A stretch of 64,000 nucleotides of DNA, taken from assembly GCA_038890615.1 (NCBI GenBank), contig JAWAFI010000002.1, positions 1 to 64,000 of the forward strand, written 5' to 3'. The position numbers were made by a program, and so were the translations under genes. Shown in pieces: positions 16,371-25,240 of this stretch (position 1 is the first letter of the stretch; every line of letters begins with the position of its first letter). This stretch comes from Candidatus Anstonellales archaeon (GTDB lineage Archaea; Micrarchaeota; Micrarchaeia; Anstonellales; J096). Under the pieces are notes generated by a model. It was not told the DNA's origin, searched no databases, and was given only the letters and a program-made list of their open reading frames with translations.

Positions 16371-18740
16371 ATGATAGATGTAAGGATTGAAAATGAATTG
16401 AGCAACTCGTACCTTGATTATTCGCTTAGCGTCATAATAGGCAGGGCGCTGCCAGACATAAGGGACGGGCTCAAGCCAGTGCAGAGAAGAATAATATATT
16501 CAATGTATGAGCTTGGAAACACGCACAACAAGCCTTACAAGAAGAGCGCTAGGATAGTTGGAGAAGTGCTGGGAAAATACCATCCGCACGGCGACTCAGC
16601 GATATACGAAGCATTGGTCAGGATGGCTCAGCCATTCTCTATGAGGTATCCGCTTGTGGACGGGCAAGGAAACTTTGGAAGCATTGATGGGGACAGCCCG
16701 GCAGCAATGAGGTACACGGAGGTAAGGATGAGCAAGATTGCCGAAGAGATGCTCAAAGACATAGAGAAAGAGACAGTAGCTTTCACACCGAACTTTGACA
16801 ATACCCTTTCCGAACCAGTTGTTTTCCCCACAGCAATACCCCAGCTTCTTCTGAATGGAAGCTCAGGAATAGCAGTGGGAATGGCAACAAACATACCGCC
16901 CCATAATATGAACGAAATAGGCGAAGCGCTTATAGCGGTCTTGGAAGGAAAAAAGGAAGAAGTGATGAACATAGTAAAGGGTCCTGATTTCCCTACTGGG
17001 GGCGTGATTGTAGGGCAGGCAGGCATAAGGAGCGCATACAGCACAGGAAGGGGCATAATAAAGCTCAGGGGCAAGATTGAATACAACCAAAAAGAGCATT
17101 CGCTCCATATAAGGGAAGTGCCTTACCAAGCAAACAAAGCAACAATAGTTGAAGAAATAGTGCAAGCATCAAATGAAGGACTTATAGAAGGGGTTTCAAA
17201 GGTTGAGGACAGGAGCGACAAAGAGGGCATTGATGTTGCGATAATGCTCAAGAAAGGCGCATCTCCAGAAGTGGTTGAGAAGCAGATATATAAGAACACA
17301 GGCATGCAGAGCTCATTTGGCATAATATTCCTTGCCGTAGATGGCAAAACACCAAAGATTTACACGCTTTTGGAAATACTTGAGGAATTCCTTAAGTTCA
17401 GGGAGGAGATAATCAGGAAGAGGAGCATGTTTGAGCTTAAGAAGGCAGATGAGAGGAAGCACATACTTGACGGCCTGCTGAAGGCAATAGCAAAAATAGA
17501 TTCAGTAGTTGATAGGGTTAAGAAAGCAGAAAGCACAGAGGCAGCGGTTGGAGCGCTTATAAAATTGCTCGGCATAGATGAAATTCAGGCAAAAGCAATA
17601 CTTGAGATGAAACTCAGCAGGATAATAAAGATGGAAAGGGAAGAGATAGAGGCAGAGGTTGCAGAATTAAAGAAAAAAATAGACTACCTGAAAGGCATAC
17701 TTGAGCATAGGGAAAGGCTGCTTGAGGTTGTAAAGGCTGAAATAAAAGAAGAGATGGCAAAGTTTGGGGATGAAAGGAGGACGCAGCTAGCACCTGCAGA
17801 TGAGGAGGAAGAGGAAATAATACTTGAGAACAAGGAGGAGTTCATAATACGAACATCAAAAGGGTATATGAAGAGGGTACCTGCAGAGCTTTACAAGGAG
17901 CAGAAGCGCGGAGGAAAGGGGGTTATTTCAGCAAGGGTAGGGGAGGATGAGAGCATAGTTGAGGTGCTTGCGTGCAAGACAAAGGACACTGTGCTACTTT
18001 TTGGAAAGCAAGGAAGGGTATACGCAATACCTGCGTACAAGATAGCAAGGGAGGACAGGTACGGAAAGGGGGTGCATACAAGCTCGCTCCTGACAGAGGA
18101 AGGCGTGGAAGTAATAAAGATGCTGAGCATAGATGAAGATGCAGATTATTCTGGAAAATCATTCTTCTTTGTGACTAAAAAAGGGGTTGTGAAGAGGACG
18201 CCTGTGGATGCCTTCAAGAGGCTTGGAAGGGTAGGGGTAAGGGCTATTGTGCTCAAAGAAGGCGATGTGCTTGTGGATGTAAAGATTGTAAGCGAAGATG
18301 ATGAAATAATTCTGCTAAGCAGCAAGGGCATGTCAATAAGGTTTGATGCAAATGATGTAAGGAACATGGGCAGGGTTTCTGCAGGAGTGAGGGGCATGCG
18401 CCTAAAAGAAGATGACTATGTTGTAAGCGCTTCGTATGGAAGGGACGCAATATTCATAGTAACTGAAAGGGGTTATGGGAAGAGGGTTGAATCAGATAGG
18501 TTCAGGAAGCAGCACAGGGGAGGAAAGGGGATAAGGGCTATAAAGCTTGTTGAAAAGACAGGGAACATAGCAGGGGCAAAGGCGATAAGCGATGATTCAG
18601 CAGTGATAATCCTTACTGAAAAGGGCAAGAGCATAATGTTTGAGGCAAGCGATGTTAGGGTTATGGGAAGGCAGGCAAGAGGAGTTAGGGTTATGAGAGT
18701 AGAAGAGGGCGACAGAGTAAGCAGCTTGGCAGTGCTTTGA
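16371..18740 (+). CDS. gyrA: DNA gyrase subunit A
   Basis: [27 protein letters not shown] (catalytic Tyr), GyrA-box QKRGGKG and pinwheel repeats. Confidence 0.97.
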   Translation: MIDVRIENELSNSYLDYSLSVIIGRALPDIRDGLKPVQRRIIYSMYELGNTHNKPYKKSARIVGEVLGKYHPHGDSAIYEALVRMAQPFSMRYPLVDGQGNFGSIDGDSPAAMRYTEVRMSKIAEEMLKDIEKETVAFTPNFDNTLSEPVVFPTAIPQLLLNGSSGIAVGMATNIPPHNMNEIGEALIAVLEGKKEEVMNIVKGPDFPTGGVIVGQAGIRSAYSTGRGIIKLRGKIEYNQKEHSLHIREVPYQANKATIVEEIVQASNEGLIEGVSKVEDRSDKEGIDVAIMLKKGASPEVVEKQIYKNTGMQSSFGIIFLAVDGKTPKIYTLLEILEEFLKFREEIIRKRSMFELKKADERKHILDGLLKAIAKIDSVVDRVKKAESTEAAVGALIKLLGIDEIQAKAILEMKLSRIIKMEREEIEAEVAELKKKIDYLKGILEHRERLLEVVKAEIKEEMAKFGDERRTQLAPADEEEEEIILENKEEFIIRTSKGYMKRVPAELYKEQKRGGKGVISARVGEDESIVEVLACKTKDTVLLFGKQGRVYAIPAYKIAREDRYGKGVHTSSLLTEEGVEVIKMLSIDEDADYSGKSFFFVTKKGVVKRTPVDAFKRLGRVGVRAIVLKEGDVLVDVKIVSEDDEIILLSSKGMSIRFDANDVRNMGRVSAGVRGMRLKEDDYVVSASYGRDAIFIVTERGYGKRVESDRFRKQHRGGKGIRAIKLVEKTGNIAGAKAISDDSAVIILTEKGKSIMFEASDVRVMGRQARGVRVMRVEEGDRVSSLAVL

Positions 18741-18744
18741 TAAG

Positions 18745-19863
18745 ATGAATAAAAATACTCGGCTGCTTTCCAAAATAAGCTTTTTTACTGATGCAAGCAG
18801 CGAAATAATAAGTGCTATACTTCCAATATACTTGACGCAGGGGCTTGGCCTTGGGGCGCATGTTGTTGGGATCGTAGAAGGAGTGGCAATTGTCATTACA
18901 GAGATGATAAGGTCAATAGCTTCATATGTGCAGGAAGGGTATAGGGGGAGGAAAATATTCGTGCAGATCGGCTACTGGCTCTCTGCCATTTTCAAGCTCT
19001 TTTATCCGCTCATAAACAGCAGCGGAAGCGCTTTGATAATCCACACCCTGCAAAGGGCAGGAAAGGGCATAAGGGAAGGGGCAAGGGACGCCATAATAGC
19101 AAAAACAGAGACAACTAAATTAGGGGAGGCCTTTGGCTACAGGAAGATGATGGACAATCTAGGAGCAGTAATAGGCTCACTGCTTGCGCTTATACTTGGC
19201 TATATGTTTGCTGGTAATTATTGGGCTATTTTTGCTATAGCAGCACTACCTTCCTTGCTTGGGGCAAGCATGACCGCAAATATAGTGGATGTAAAAACAG
19301 TCCCTAAAAAAGTTACAATTAAGAGAATGGGGGGCAAATTCTTCCTTTTCCTTGTAGTTTGCAGCATATTTGCAATTTCGCTTTTCAGCCATTCTTTCAT
19401 TGTGCTGCTTGGGGCTGACTATGGAAAGCCTTTTGAATTTTTCCTTGTTTTCAACATACTTTACCTTATAGTATCGTACCATATAGGCAAGGGGTTTGAC
19501 AAAGACCGATACTCCGTTCTGCTTTTGCCCTTTGTTTCAATGCTGCTGCTTGGGATTGCAGCGCTTTTCAACAACATAATAGCAGCTGTGTTTATAGTGC
19601 TTTTTTATGCAATAGGTAAGGGAAGCATAGAGGTAATACCCAGAGCTATGCTTAAGGGAATGGGGCGTGCTTACACAATGGAGGTAGGGCTTATTTATTC
19701 AGCTATAGGGATGGCGCAATTCCTTGGAACAGTGGCAACAGGGTTCCTTTGGAACTACTTTTTAATTGGAGCCCGGCTTCCTTTGCTGCTCCCCCCTATT
19801 TTTGCCCTGCTTGCAGCAATTGTCTGGGTTGCAGGGCAAAGGCTTTTTAAGCACCACTTATAA
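18745..19863 (+). CDS. MFS transporter
   Basis: About 12 TM segments; DASSEII, RAGKGIR, RDAII, AFGYRKMMDNLGA. Confidence 0.85.
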   Translation: MNKNTRLLSKISFFTDASSEIISAILPIYLTQGLGLGAHVVGIVEGVAIVITEMIRSIASYVQEGYRGRKIFVQIGYWLSAIFKLFYPLINSSGSALIIHTLQRAGKGIREGARDAIIAKTETTKLGEAFGYRKMMDNLGAVIGSLLALILGYMFAGNYWAIFAIAALPSLLGASMTANIVDVKTVPKKVTIKRMGGKFFLFLVVCSIFAISLFSHSFIVLLGADYGKPFEFFLVFNILYLIVSYHIGKGFDKDRYSVLLLPFVSMLLLGIAALFNNIIAAVFIVLFYAIGKGSIEVIPRAMLKGMGRAYTMEVGLIYSAIGMAQFLGTVATGFLWNYFLIGARLPLLLPPIFALLAAIVWVAGQRLFKHHL

Positions 19864-19879
19864 AAACATCAGTGGCAAT

Positions 19880-21136
19880 ATGAACAGAAGTCTACTACTC
19901 GCAGCAATGCTCCTGCTCTCCATTGCTAACGCCATAACTGTTGAAAGCGGGGCAGAATGCAAAGCTGGCTTTTCTGAGAAAGTAGTTGTAAAGGTTTATG
20001 ATGGGGAAAATTCCCCAATTGAAGGCGCGCTTGTGAATATAACCTACCAAAAGGATGCCACTACAGGAAAAGGATATGTAACAAGCCCCAATGTATATAC
20101 TGACTCAAACGGAATGGCTTCATTTCTTGTAGTGAACATTGAAACGCTTGAGAGCAGGGTAAAGTGCGATTACACAATAAGGGCAAGCTATGGAGGGGTT
20201 AGCTCAAGGCTGGACACTTATTACAAGATGCCACAGCCATTTGGGATTACTATAAATGTATATCCTGTTATAATAAAGCTGCTTGACAGGTACAAAAAGA
20301 CGATCGAGCAAGGCAGCGTTTCAAGCAACGGAGTTCCGTGCATCAAAAGGGAGGACTACAGTTGGAAATGCTATGGGGGGAAAGGAACGGTTTTCACTGC
20401 ATCGTTTGGGGATTCCACAAAGGAATTTGAAGAAGATATAACAAATAGCACATACAAATACTATGTCCTTGATGTTTACCAGGCAAGCTTGCTACTGAAA
20501 GATGACACAGGGAAGCTTGTGAGCGGTATAGTTAAGGTAGGGGACCATTCCTATCAAGTAGAAGGTGAGGCGCCTGTTGTAGCTTACCACCAAACAGAAA
20601 CAGTAAGGGCAGAGGGGCTTGGAATAACGAAAGAAAGGGCTGTCGATTTTGCATCCACAGATGTTGTTGCTTTCATCTTTGACATACACAGCCCGTTGAT
20701 AGGGCAAACAACCATAGAAGGAAATGATGACAATACCAAGATGATTATAAAATCCCACATAACTGATACCATAGGGGTTTCAAGCGCTAAGGTGCTTTAT
20801 ACAGTAGGGGGCAAAACCTCGCAGGCAAGCGGTGTAAAAAGAGGGGACACTTACGAATTCACGCTTCCAGTCCCTGAAAATTACAGGATCGTAAGCATAA
20901 CAATAGTTGCCACTGATGCTGATGGAAACACCGCACAGAGGAGCGGAACAATAACTATCACTGAGGTTAAAGAAGAGGGAGGGAGCAAAGGAGCTTCAAC
21001 CCAAACAGGGCAAGAAGGAGGAGAGGTAAACATTCTTTTAATAGGAGCAGGTATAATAGTGGTGCTTATAGCTATTGTTGCCTTCTTTTACTTCAAGTCA
21101 AAGATGGAGTGGGAGAAGGAGCAGAAGGGGCAGTAG
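19880..21136 (+). CDS. secreted beta-rich (Ig/carboxypeptidase-regulatory-like) protein with C-terminal TM anchor
   Basis: Signal peptide MNRSLLLAAMLLLS; PIEGALVNIT, YTDSNGMASF, IVATDADGN; C-terminal TM plus basic tail. Confidence 0.75.
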   Translation: MNRSLLLAAMLLLSIANAITVESGAECKAGFSEKVVVKVYDGENSPIEGALVNITYQKDATTGKGYVTSPNVYTDSNGMASFLVVNIETLESRVKCDYTIRASYGGVSSRLDTYYKMPQPFGITINVYPVIIKLLDRYKKTIEQGSVSSNGVPCIKREDYSWKCYGGKGTVFTASFGDSTKEFEEDITNSTYKYYVLDVYQASLLLKDDTGKLVSGIVKVGDHSYQVEGEAPVVAYHQTETVRAEGLGITKERAVDFASTDVVAFIFDIHSPLIGQTTIEGNDDNTKMIIKSHITDTIGVSSAKVLYTVGGKTSQASGVKRGDTYEFTLPVPENYRIVSITIVATDADGNTAQRSGTITITEVKEEGGSKGASTQTGQEGGEVNILLIGAGIIVVLIAIVAFFYFKSKMEWEKEQKGQ

Positions 21137-21168
21137 CAATCTGGCAATATTCTTTTTGGGACATTAGC

Positions 21169-21509
21169 ATGGGCCTTAAGAAAAAAGCAGGTATAATAAT
21201 GGGCAAAGGGGGAAAGAAGGGTTGTTGGAAGATTTATAGAACGTAAGGGGCTTGGCAATGATGGAATTATTGAGAGAGTGGTCTCACAGCTATTAGCAGC
21301 AGGAATTAAGGAAAGAGGCTTTTGAGGAGCTTAAGAGGATTAATAAGGAAAGGAAGAAGATTGGATAGGAAAGGAGAAATGAGATTGGAAAAGAGCTGCT
21401 AGAAGAATATAAAAAAAAGAAAAGAGTTTCAGTTGAGAGGGTTGCAAAACTTATTTTAGCAGGGGCGAAATTGGATTTGCAGGATGATGATATATTAGAA
21501 GAAAGATAA
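21169..21509 (+). pseudogene. degraded ankyrin-repeat protein gene (paralogue of 51281-52177)
   Basis: Fragments in three frames (MGLKKKAG..., ERKGLGNDGIIERVVSQL..., EAFEELKRINKERKKIG*...SVERVAKLILAGAKLDLQD) align with the N-terminus of the 298-aa ankyrin protein; TAG at 21366. Confidence 0.7.
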
Positions 21510-21573
21510 AGGGGTGAAACGAGGAATAAGCTTTATAAATATGGTTGTAATATATTTATGAAGGTGACAATAT

Positions 21574-22308
21574 ATGGGAAGAAAGAAGCTGTTCAACATA
21601 AACATAGTAATTGACCAAAGTTGGCTCAATGCTTATAACCTTTCAAAAAAGATGATGGATTCTGACAAGAAGGAGTTTGAAAAGCTGAAAGAGTATACTG
21701 CAAGGCTTAATTCAGAAATAAAGAAAGTCAAAGTAGAAAGGTTCACCAAGGAAGTTAGGGAGAGCATTGCAAAAAGATATGGGCTTTATAGCATTGACAA
21801 GGCATACTTGGCTTTCAACAAAATCACAGGAATAAAGAGAAGGGCTTTCATGGGGAGAGTTGAAAGGGGAGTTATACCAGTGGTTAAGGTAGGAAGGTTC
21901 AGGTATATCCCAAGCGAAGTAATGGATTACTATGTTGGCGTTTACAGCAAGTACCAATCCCTCACAGAAGCATACAAGAAGCTTGAGGGTGAAGGATTCA
22001 TCCCAAACCTAAGAGCTTTCATAGGAAGGGCAGAAAAAGGCTCTGTGCCAAACGTTAAGATAGGGACGAGGAAATTCATACCAAATGTAGTTGTTGATGG
22101 CCTGACTAAGGTTGCAAAGTATTATTATGACGTTCCAACTGCGCTCGAGAAAATAAATGATGCTGGGCTCAAGATCTCTTCCAATGCCTTTGAGAGGAGA
22201 TTAGACAGGGGGAGGATACCTTTCATAAAAATAGGAGGAAAAAGGTACATCCACAAATCAGTTCTTAATGAAATGATAACACAGGAGATTCAAAAAAGGA
22301 GTAGGTAA
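21574..22308 (+). CDS. protein with three tandem Xis/HTH_17 (MerR-like) DNA-binding repeats
   Basis: Three ~56-aa repeats ending RGVIPVVKVGRFRYIP, KGSVPNVKIGTRKFIP, RGRIPFIKIGGKRYIH; TATA (TTTATAAA ~21531) and GGTGA SD upstream. Confidence 0.8.
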   Translation: MGRKKLFNINIVIDQSWLNAYNLSKKMMDSDKKEFEKLKEYTARLNSEIKKVKVERFTKEVRESIAKRYGLYSIDKAYLAFNKITGIKRRAFMGRVERGVIPVVKVGRFRYIPSEVMDYYVGVYSKYQSLTEAYKKLEGEGFIPNLRAFIGRAEKGSVPNVKIGTRKFIPNVVVDGLTKVAKYYYDVPTALEKINDAGLKISSNAFERRLDRGRIPFIKIGGKRYIHKSVLNEMITQEIQKRSR

Positions 22309-24621
22309 ATGAAGGCTTTCCTTCTTGATGCTTCATACGCCATTAAGAAGGATAAGACCTATGTAAAACTGCTTTTGAAAAACAGAAAGGGGCTTTTTTA
22401 CAGGTACTTCCAATACGATCCTTATTTTTATGCAGAACCATCTGCCGAGCGATTGGTAAAGGCAATGGCAGAAGTGAAAGGTGTTGAAAGGGTTAAGATG
22501 ATAAAGGGCTTTGAGGAAAGAGAACTGCTCAAGGTAATATGCAGCAGGCCAGGGGATGTGAGGGCTTTAAGGGATCGGCTCAAGGGAAGGTGCTACGAGG
22601 CAGATATAATATTTGCAAAAAGGTTCCTGGCCGACTTTGGGCTTGCCCCTAATAGAAGGCTGATATACACAAAGAAGGGCAAAAATGAGATAGCAGAGAT
22701 TAAAGGGCAGGAAGAAGGTGAGCTTGTTTTAAGCAAGGTTGCAATTGACATTGAGGTATCAAACCCAGACATAATACCAGACCCAAGCAGGGATCCAGTA
22801 ATAATGTTCAGCTACAAGTCAGCAACAGAGCAAGGTGTAATCACTACAAAGAACATAGATAGGGATTTTGTCAAAGTAGTAAAAAGCGAGAAAGAGCTGA
22901 TAGAAAGGGCATTTGAGATTATAGACAAGCATGAGCTCATATATGGCTACAACTCCTCCAACTTTGACATCCCCTACTTGATTGAAAGGGCAGATAAGAT
23001 AGGGGCTAACTTCCCTATAAAGGTGAGAAAGGTAAGGAAAGGGCTTTTCACAGGGCTAAGCATTTCAAAAAAAGTCCATGTAGACCTTTACTACTCATCA
23101 AGGCTTTACGCTGCTATAGGGCTAATAAAACCTTCTGATTACACCTTAAAAGGCGTTTTTGAATATATGTTCCAAGAAAAGAAGCAAACTTTTGACAGGA
23201 TACACATTGGGGATGCATGGAAAAACGACAAAGAGCTAGGAAAGCTCGCTGATTACTCCCTTTCTGATGCAATATGCACCTACAAGATAGGGGAAAGGTT
23301 TATAGATCTCCAGAAAGAGATGTCAACCATATCTGGAATACCTTTGTTTGAGCTCAGTTTTTCAACAAGCGGCCAGATGGTCGAAAGCCTTCTTATCCAC
23401 GAATCAAGGAAAAGAAATATTATAATCCCTTCAAAGCCAACAGAGAGGGAAGTCAAGGAAAGGCTAATGAAGAGCGTTGTAGGGGGCTATGTGAAGCTTC
23501 CTGAGGCAGGGATATATGATGACATAGCTGTGTTTGACTTCAGGGGGCTGTACCCATCAATAATAGTTTCATACAATGTAGACCCAAATACAATAAGCAA
23601 TGAAGGGGAGCACTTATCCCCAACAGGAACCAGGTTCCTAAAAGAGCCAATAGGGCTCATCCCTGCAGTTTTGCTTGAGCTCATAAAGAAAAGGAGCAAA
23701 ATAAAGGATGAGCTTAAAACTTTGGGGAGAGAAAGCAAGGAATATGAGAGGGCATCAAACAGGAGCTTTGCGCTCAAAATACTATCAAATTCGTTCTACG
23801 GCTACTTGGGCTATGCAAGAAGCAGATGGTATTCATTTGAGTGCGCAGAAAGCATAACAGCATGGGGAAGGAAGCACATAAAAGACGCCGCAGAAATAAG
23901 CGAGCGCAATGGCTTCAAGGTTCTTTACATAGACACAGACAGCCTTTTCATACTGACAGAGGGAGAAAAGGACAAGGTCCTCTCCCTAGTTAAAGACATA
24001 AACAATAAATTGCCAGGGGAGATGGAGCTTGAGCTTGAGGGGTTTTACAAGAGAGGCATATTCGTTAGCAAGAAGAGCGAGGAGAAGGGAGCAAAGAAAA
24101 AGTATGCACTGCTTGGAGAGGACGGAAGGATAAAGATAAGGGGCTTTGAGTTGGTAAGGAGGGACTGGTCTGGCATTGCCAAAAAAACGCAGGAAAGGGT
24201 GCTCAATGCACTCCTGATAGACGGAAGCAAGGAAAAAGCAGCAGAAATAGTAAGGGAAGTAATTGACAAGCTTAGGAAGAAAGAGGTGCCAAAGGAAGAT
24301 CTAGTTATTTACACCCAGTTAAAGAAGGATCCTGCTGAATACGATGTAATAAGCCCGGAAGTTAGTGCAGCCAAAAAAGGCATAGAAGCAGGCATGAGGA
24401 TAGGGAAGGGTTCTGTAATAGGCTATATAGTTGGATCAAAAGGGAAAAGTATCTCAGACAAGGCAGTAATGGCAGAAAATGCAGAAGATTACGACAGCAA
24501 CTACTACATAGAGCACCAAGTGCTGCCTGCTATAATGAAGCTCCTTAAGGAATTCGGATATAGTGAAGAAGAGCTGATTAGCCAGCACAAGCAGAAAAAC
24601 TTGGGTGATTTCTTTGGATAA
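22309..24621 (+). CDS. polB: family B DNA polymerase (PolB3-type)
   Basis: ExoI DIE, ExoII YNSSNFD, ExoIII YSLSD, FDFRGLYPSII, KILSNSFYG, YIDTDS, C-terminal PIP box QKNLGDFF. Confidence 0.97.
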   Translation: MKAFLLDASYAIKKDKTYVKLLLKNRKGLFYRYFQYDPYFYAEPSAERLVKAMAEVKGVERVKMIKGFEERELLKVICSRPGDVRALRDRLKGRCYEADIIFAKRFLADFGLAPNRRLIYTKKGKNEIAEIKGQEEGELVLSKVAIDIEVSNPDIIPDPSRDPVIMFSYKSATEQGVITTKNIDRDFVKVVKSEKELIERAFEIIDKHELIYGYNSSNFDIPYLIERADKIGANFPIKVRKVRKGLFTGLSISKKVHVDLYYSSRLYAAIGLIKPSDYTLKGVFEYMFQEKKQTFDRIHIGDAWKNDKELGKLADYSLSDAICTYKIGERFIDLQKEMSTISGIPLFELSFSTSGQMVESLLIHESRKRNIIIPSKPTEREVKERLMKSVVGGYVKLPEAGIYDDIAVFDFRGLYPSIIVSYNVDPNTISNEGEHLSPTGTRFLKEPIGLIPAVLLELIKKRSKIKDELKTLGRESKEYERASNRSFALKILSNSFYGYLGYARSRWYSFECAESITAWGRKHIKDAAEISERNGFKVLYIDTDSLFILTEGEKDKVLSLVKDINNKLPGEMELELEGFYKRGIFVSKKSEEKGAKKKYALLGEDGRIKIRGFELVRRDWSGIAKKTQERVLNALLIDGSKEKAAEIVREVIDKLRKKEVPKEDLVIYTQLKKDPAEYDVISPEVSAAKKGIEAGMRIGKGSVIGYIVGSKGKSISDKAVMAENAEDYDSNYYIEHQVLPAIMKLLKEFGYSEEELISQHKQKNLGDFFG

Positions 24622-25237
24622 GCTGAAAGTTGGTAGGAAGCTTTTGCTGCTCAAAAACGGCTTTATTGAAGGCAACAAAGAGGTGCTATGGGCCTGCGAA
24701 ATAGGGGAGAAGGAGCAGGCGCTCTTTGAGGAGGTAAAGGATTGCTTTGTGCCTGCAAAGGGCTTCTTTAAAGGTGAGAAGAACTGGTTTTTAGGAATAA
24801 TAAGAGATGGAATTGTTTTCATTCCCAACGAATTGGTCAAAACAGCTGAGCTTGAGAAGCTAAAAGAGAGCCACAGGCAAAGGATTGCAGAAGGGGTAGT
24901 GTACAATCTTGCAAGAATGCACTCGAAATCAATAATGCTTAGGAATTTCTCGCTTGCAAACTTGCTTTATGGAAGGGATGTTGTTTTTCTTGACCCATCC
25001 AAACTTGCGAGAGCAATGGATAGCATAGGGCTCGTAAATGAGTTCTTATATGCAATGAAGGCCTTGATCATGTCAGATATTGTAGGTAAGGGAAACGCAC
25101 AGGAATATATAAGCGCATATTTCCTAAGGATGAAGGAAGCATGCAGGGCATGGTACATAAGGAAGTATAAAATAAGGCCCAAGAAGGAAAGCGAGATTGT
25201 AAGGGAGATGTATGACAGCATAATAATGTTTCACTAA
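24605..25237 (+). CDS. kinase-fold-like protein with degenerate catalytic motifs (putative pseudokinase)
   Basis: LARMHSKSIMLRNFSLANLL...VVFLDPS resembles LHxxGIxHRD...N..DFG; overlaps polB end by 17 nt. Confidence 0.6.
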   Translation: MISLDKLKVGRKLLLLKNGFIEGNKEVLWACEIGEKEQALFEEVKDCFVPAKGFFKGEKNWFLGIIRDGIVFIPNELVKTAELEKLKESHRQRIAEGVVYNLARMHSKSIMLRNFSLANLLYGRDVVFLDPSKLARAMDSIGLVNEFLYAMKALIMSDIVGKGNAQEYISAYFLRMKEACRAWYIRKYKIRPKKESEIVREMYDSIIMFH

Positions 25238-25240
25238 ACA

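Noticed and set aside
21366..21368. In-frame TAG as pyrrolysine or recoded stop
   Set aside because: Same locus has two frameshifts and a truncation; TAG is used as a normal stop elsewhere in the window
21574..22308. Xis-like gene as marker of a provirus or integrative element
   Set aside because: No integrase, att duplication or viral genes; adjacent PolB is a cellular type with PIP box
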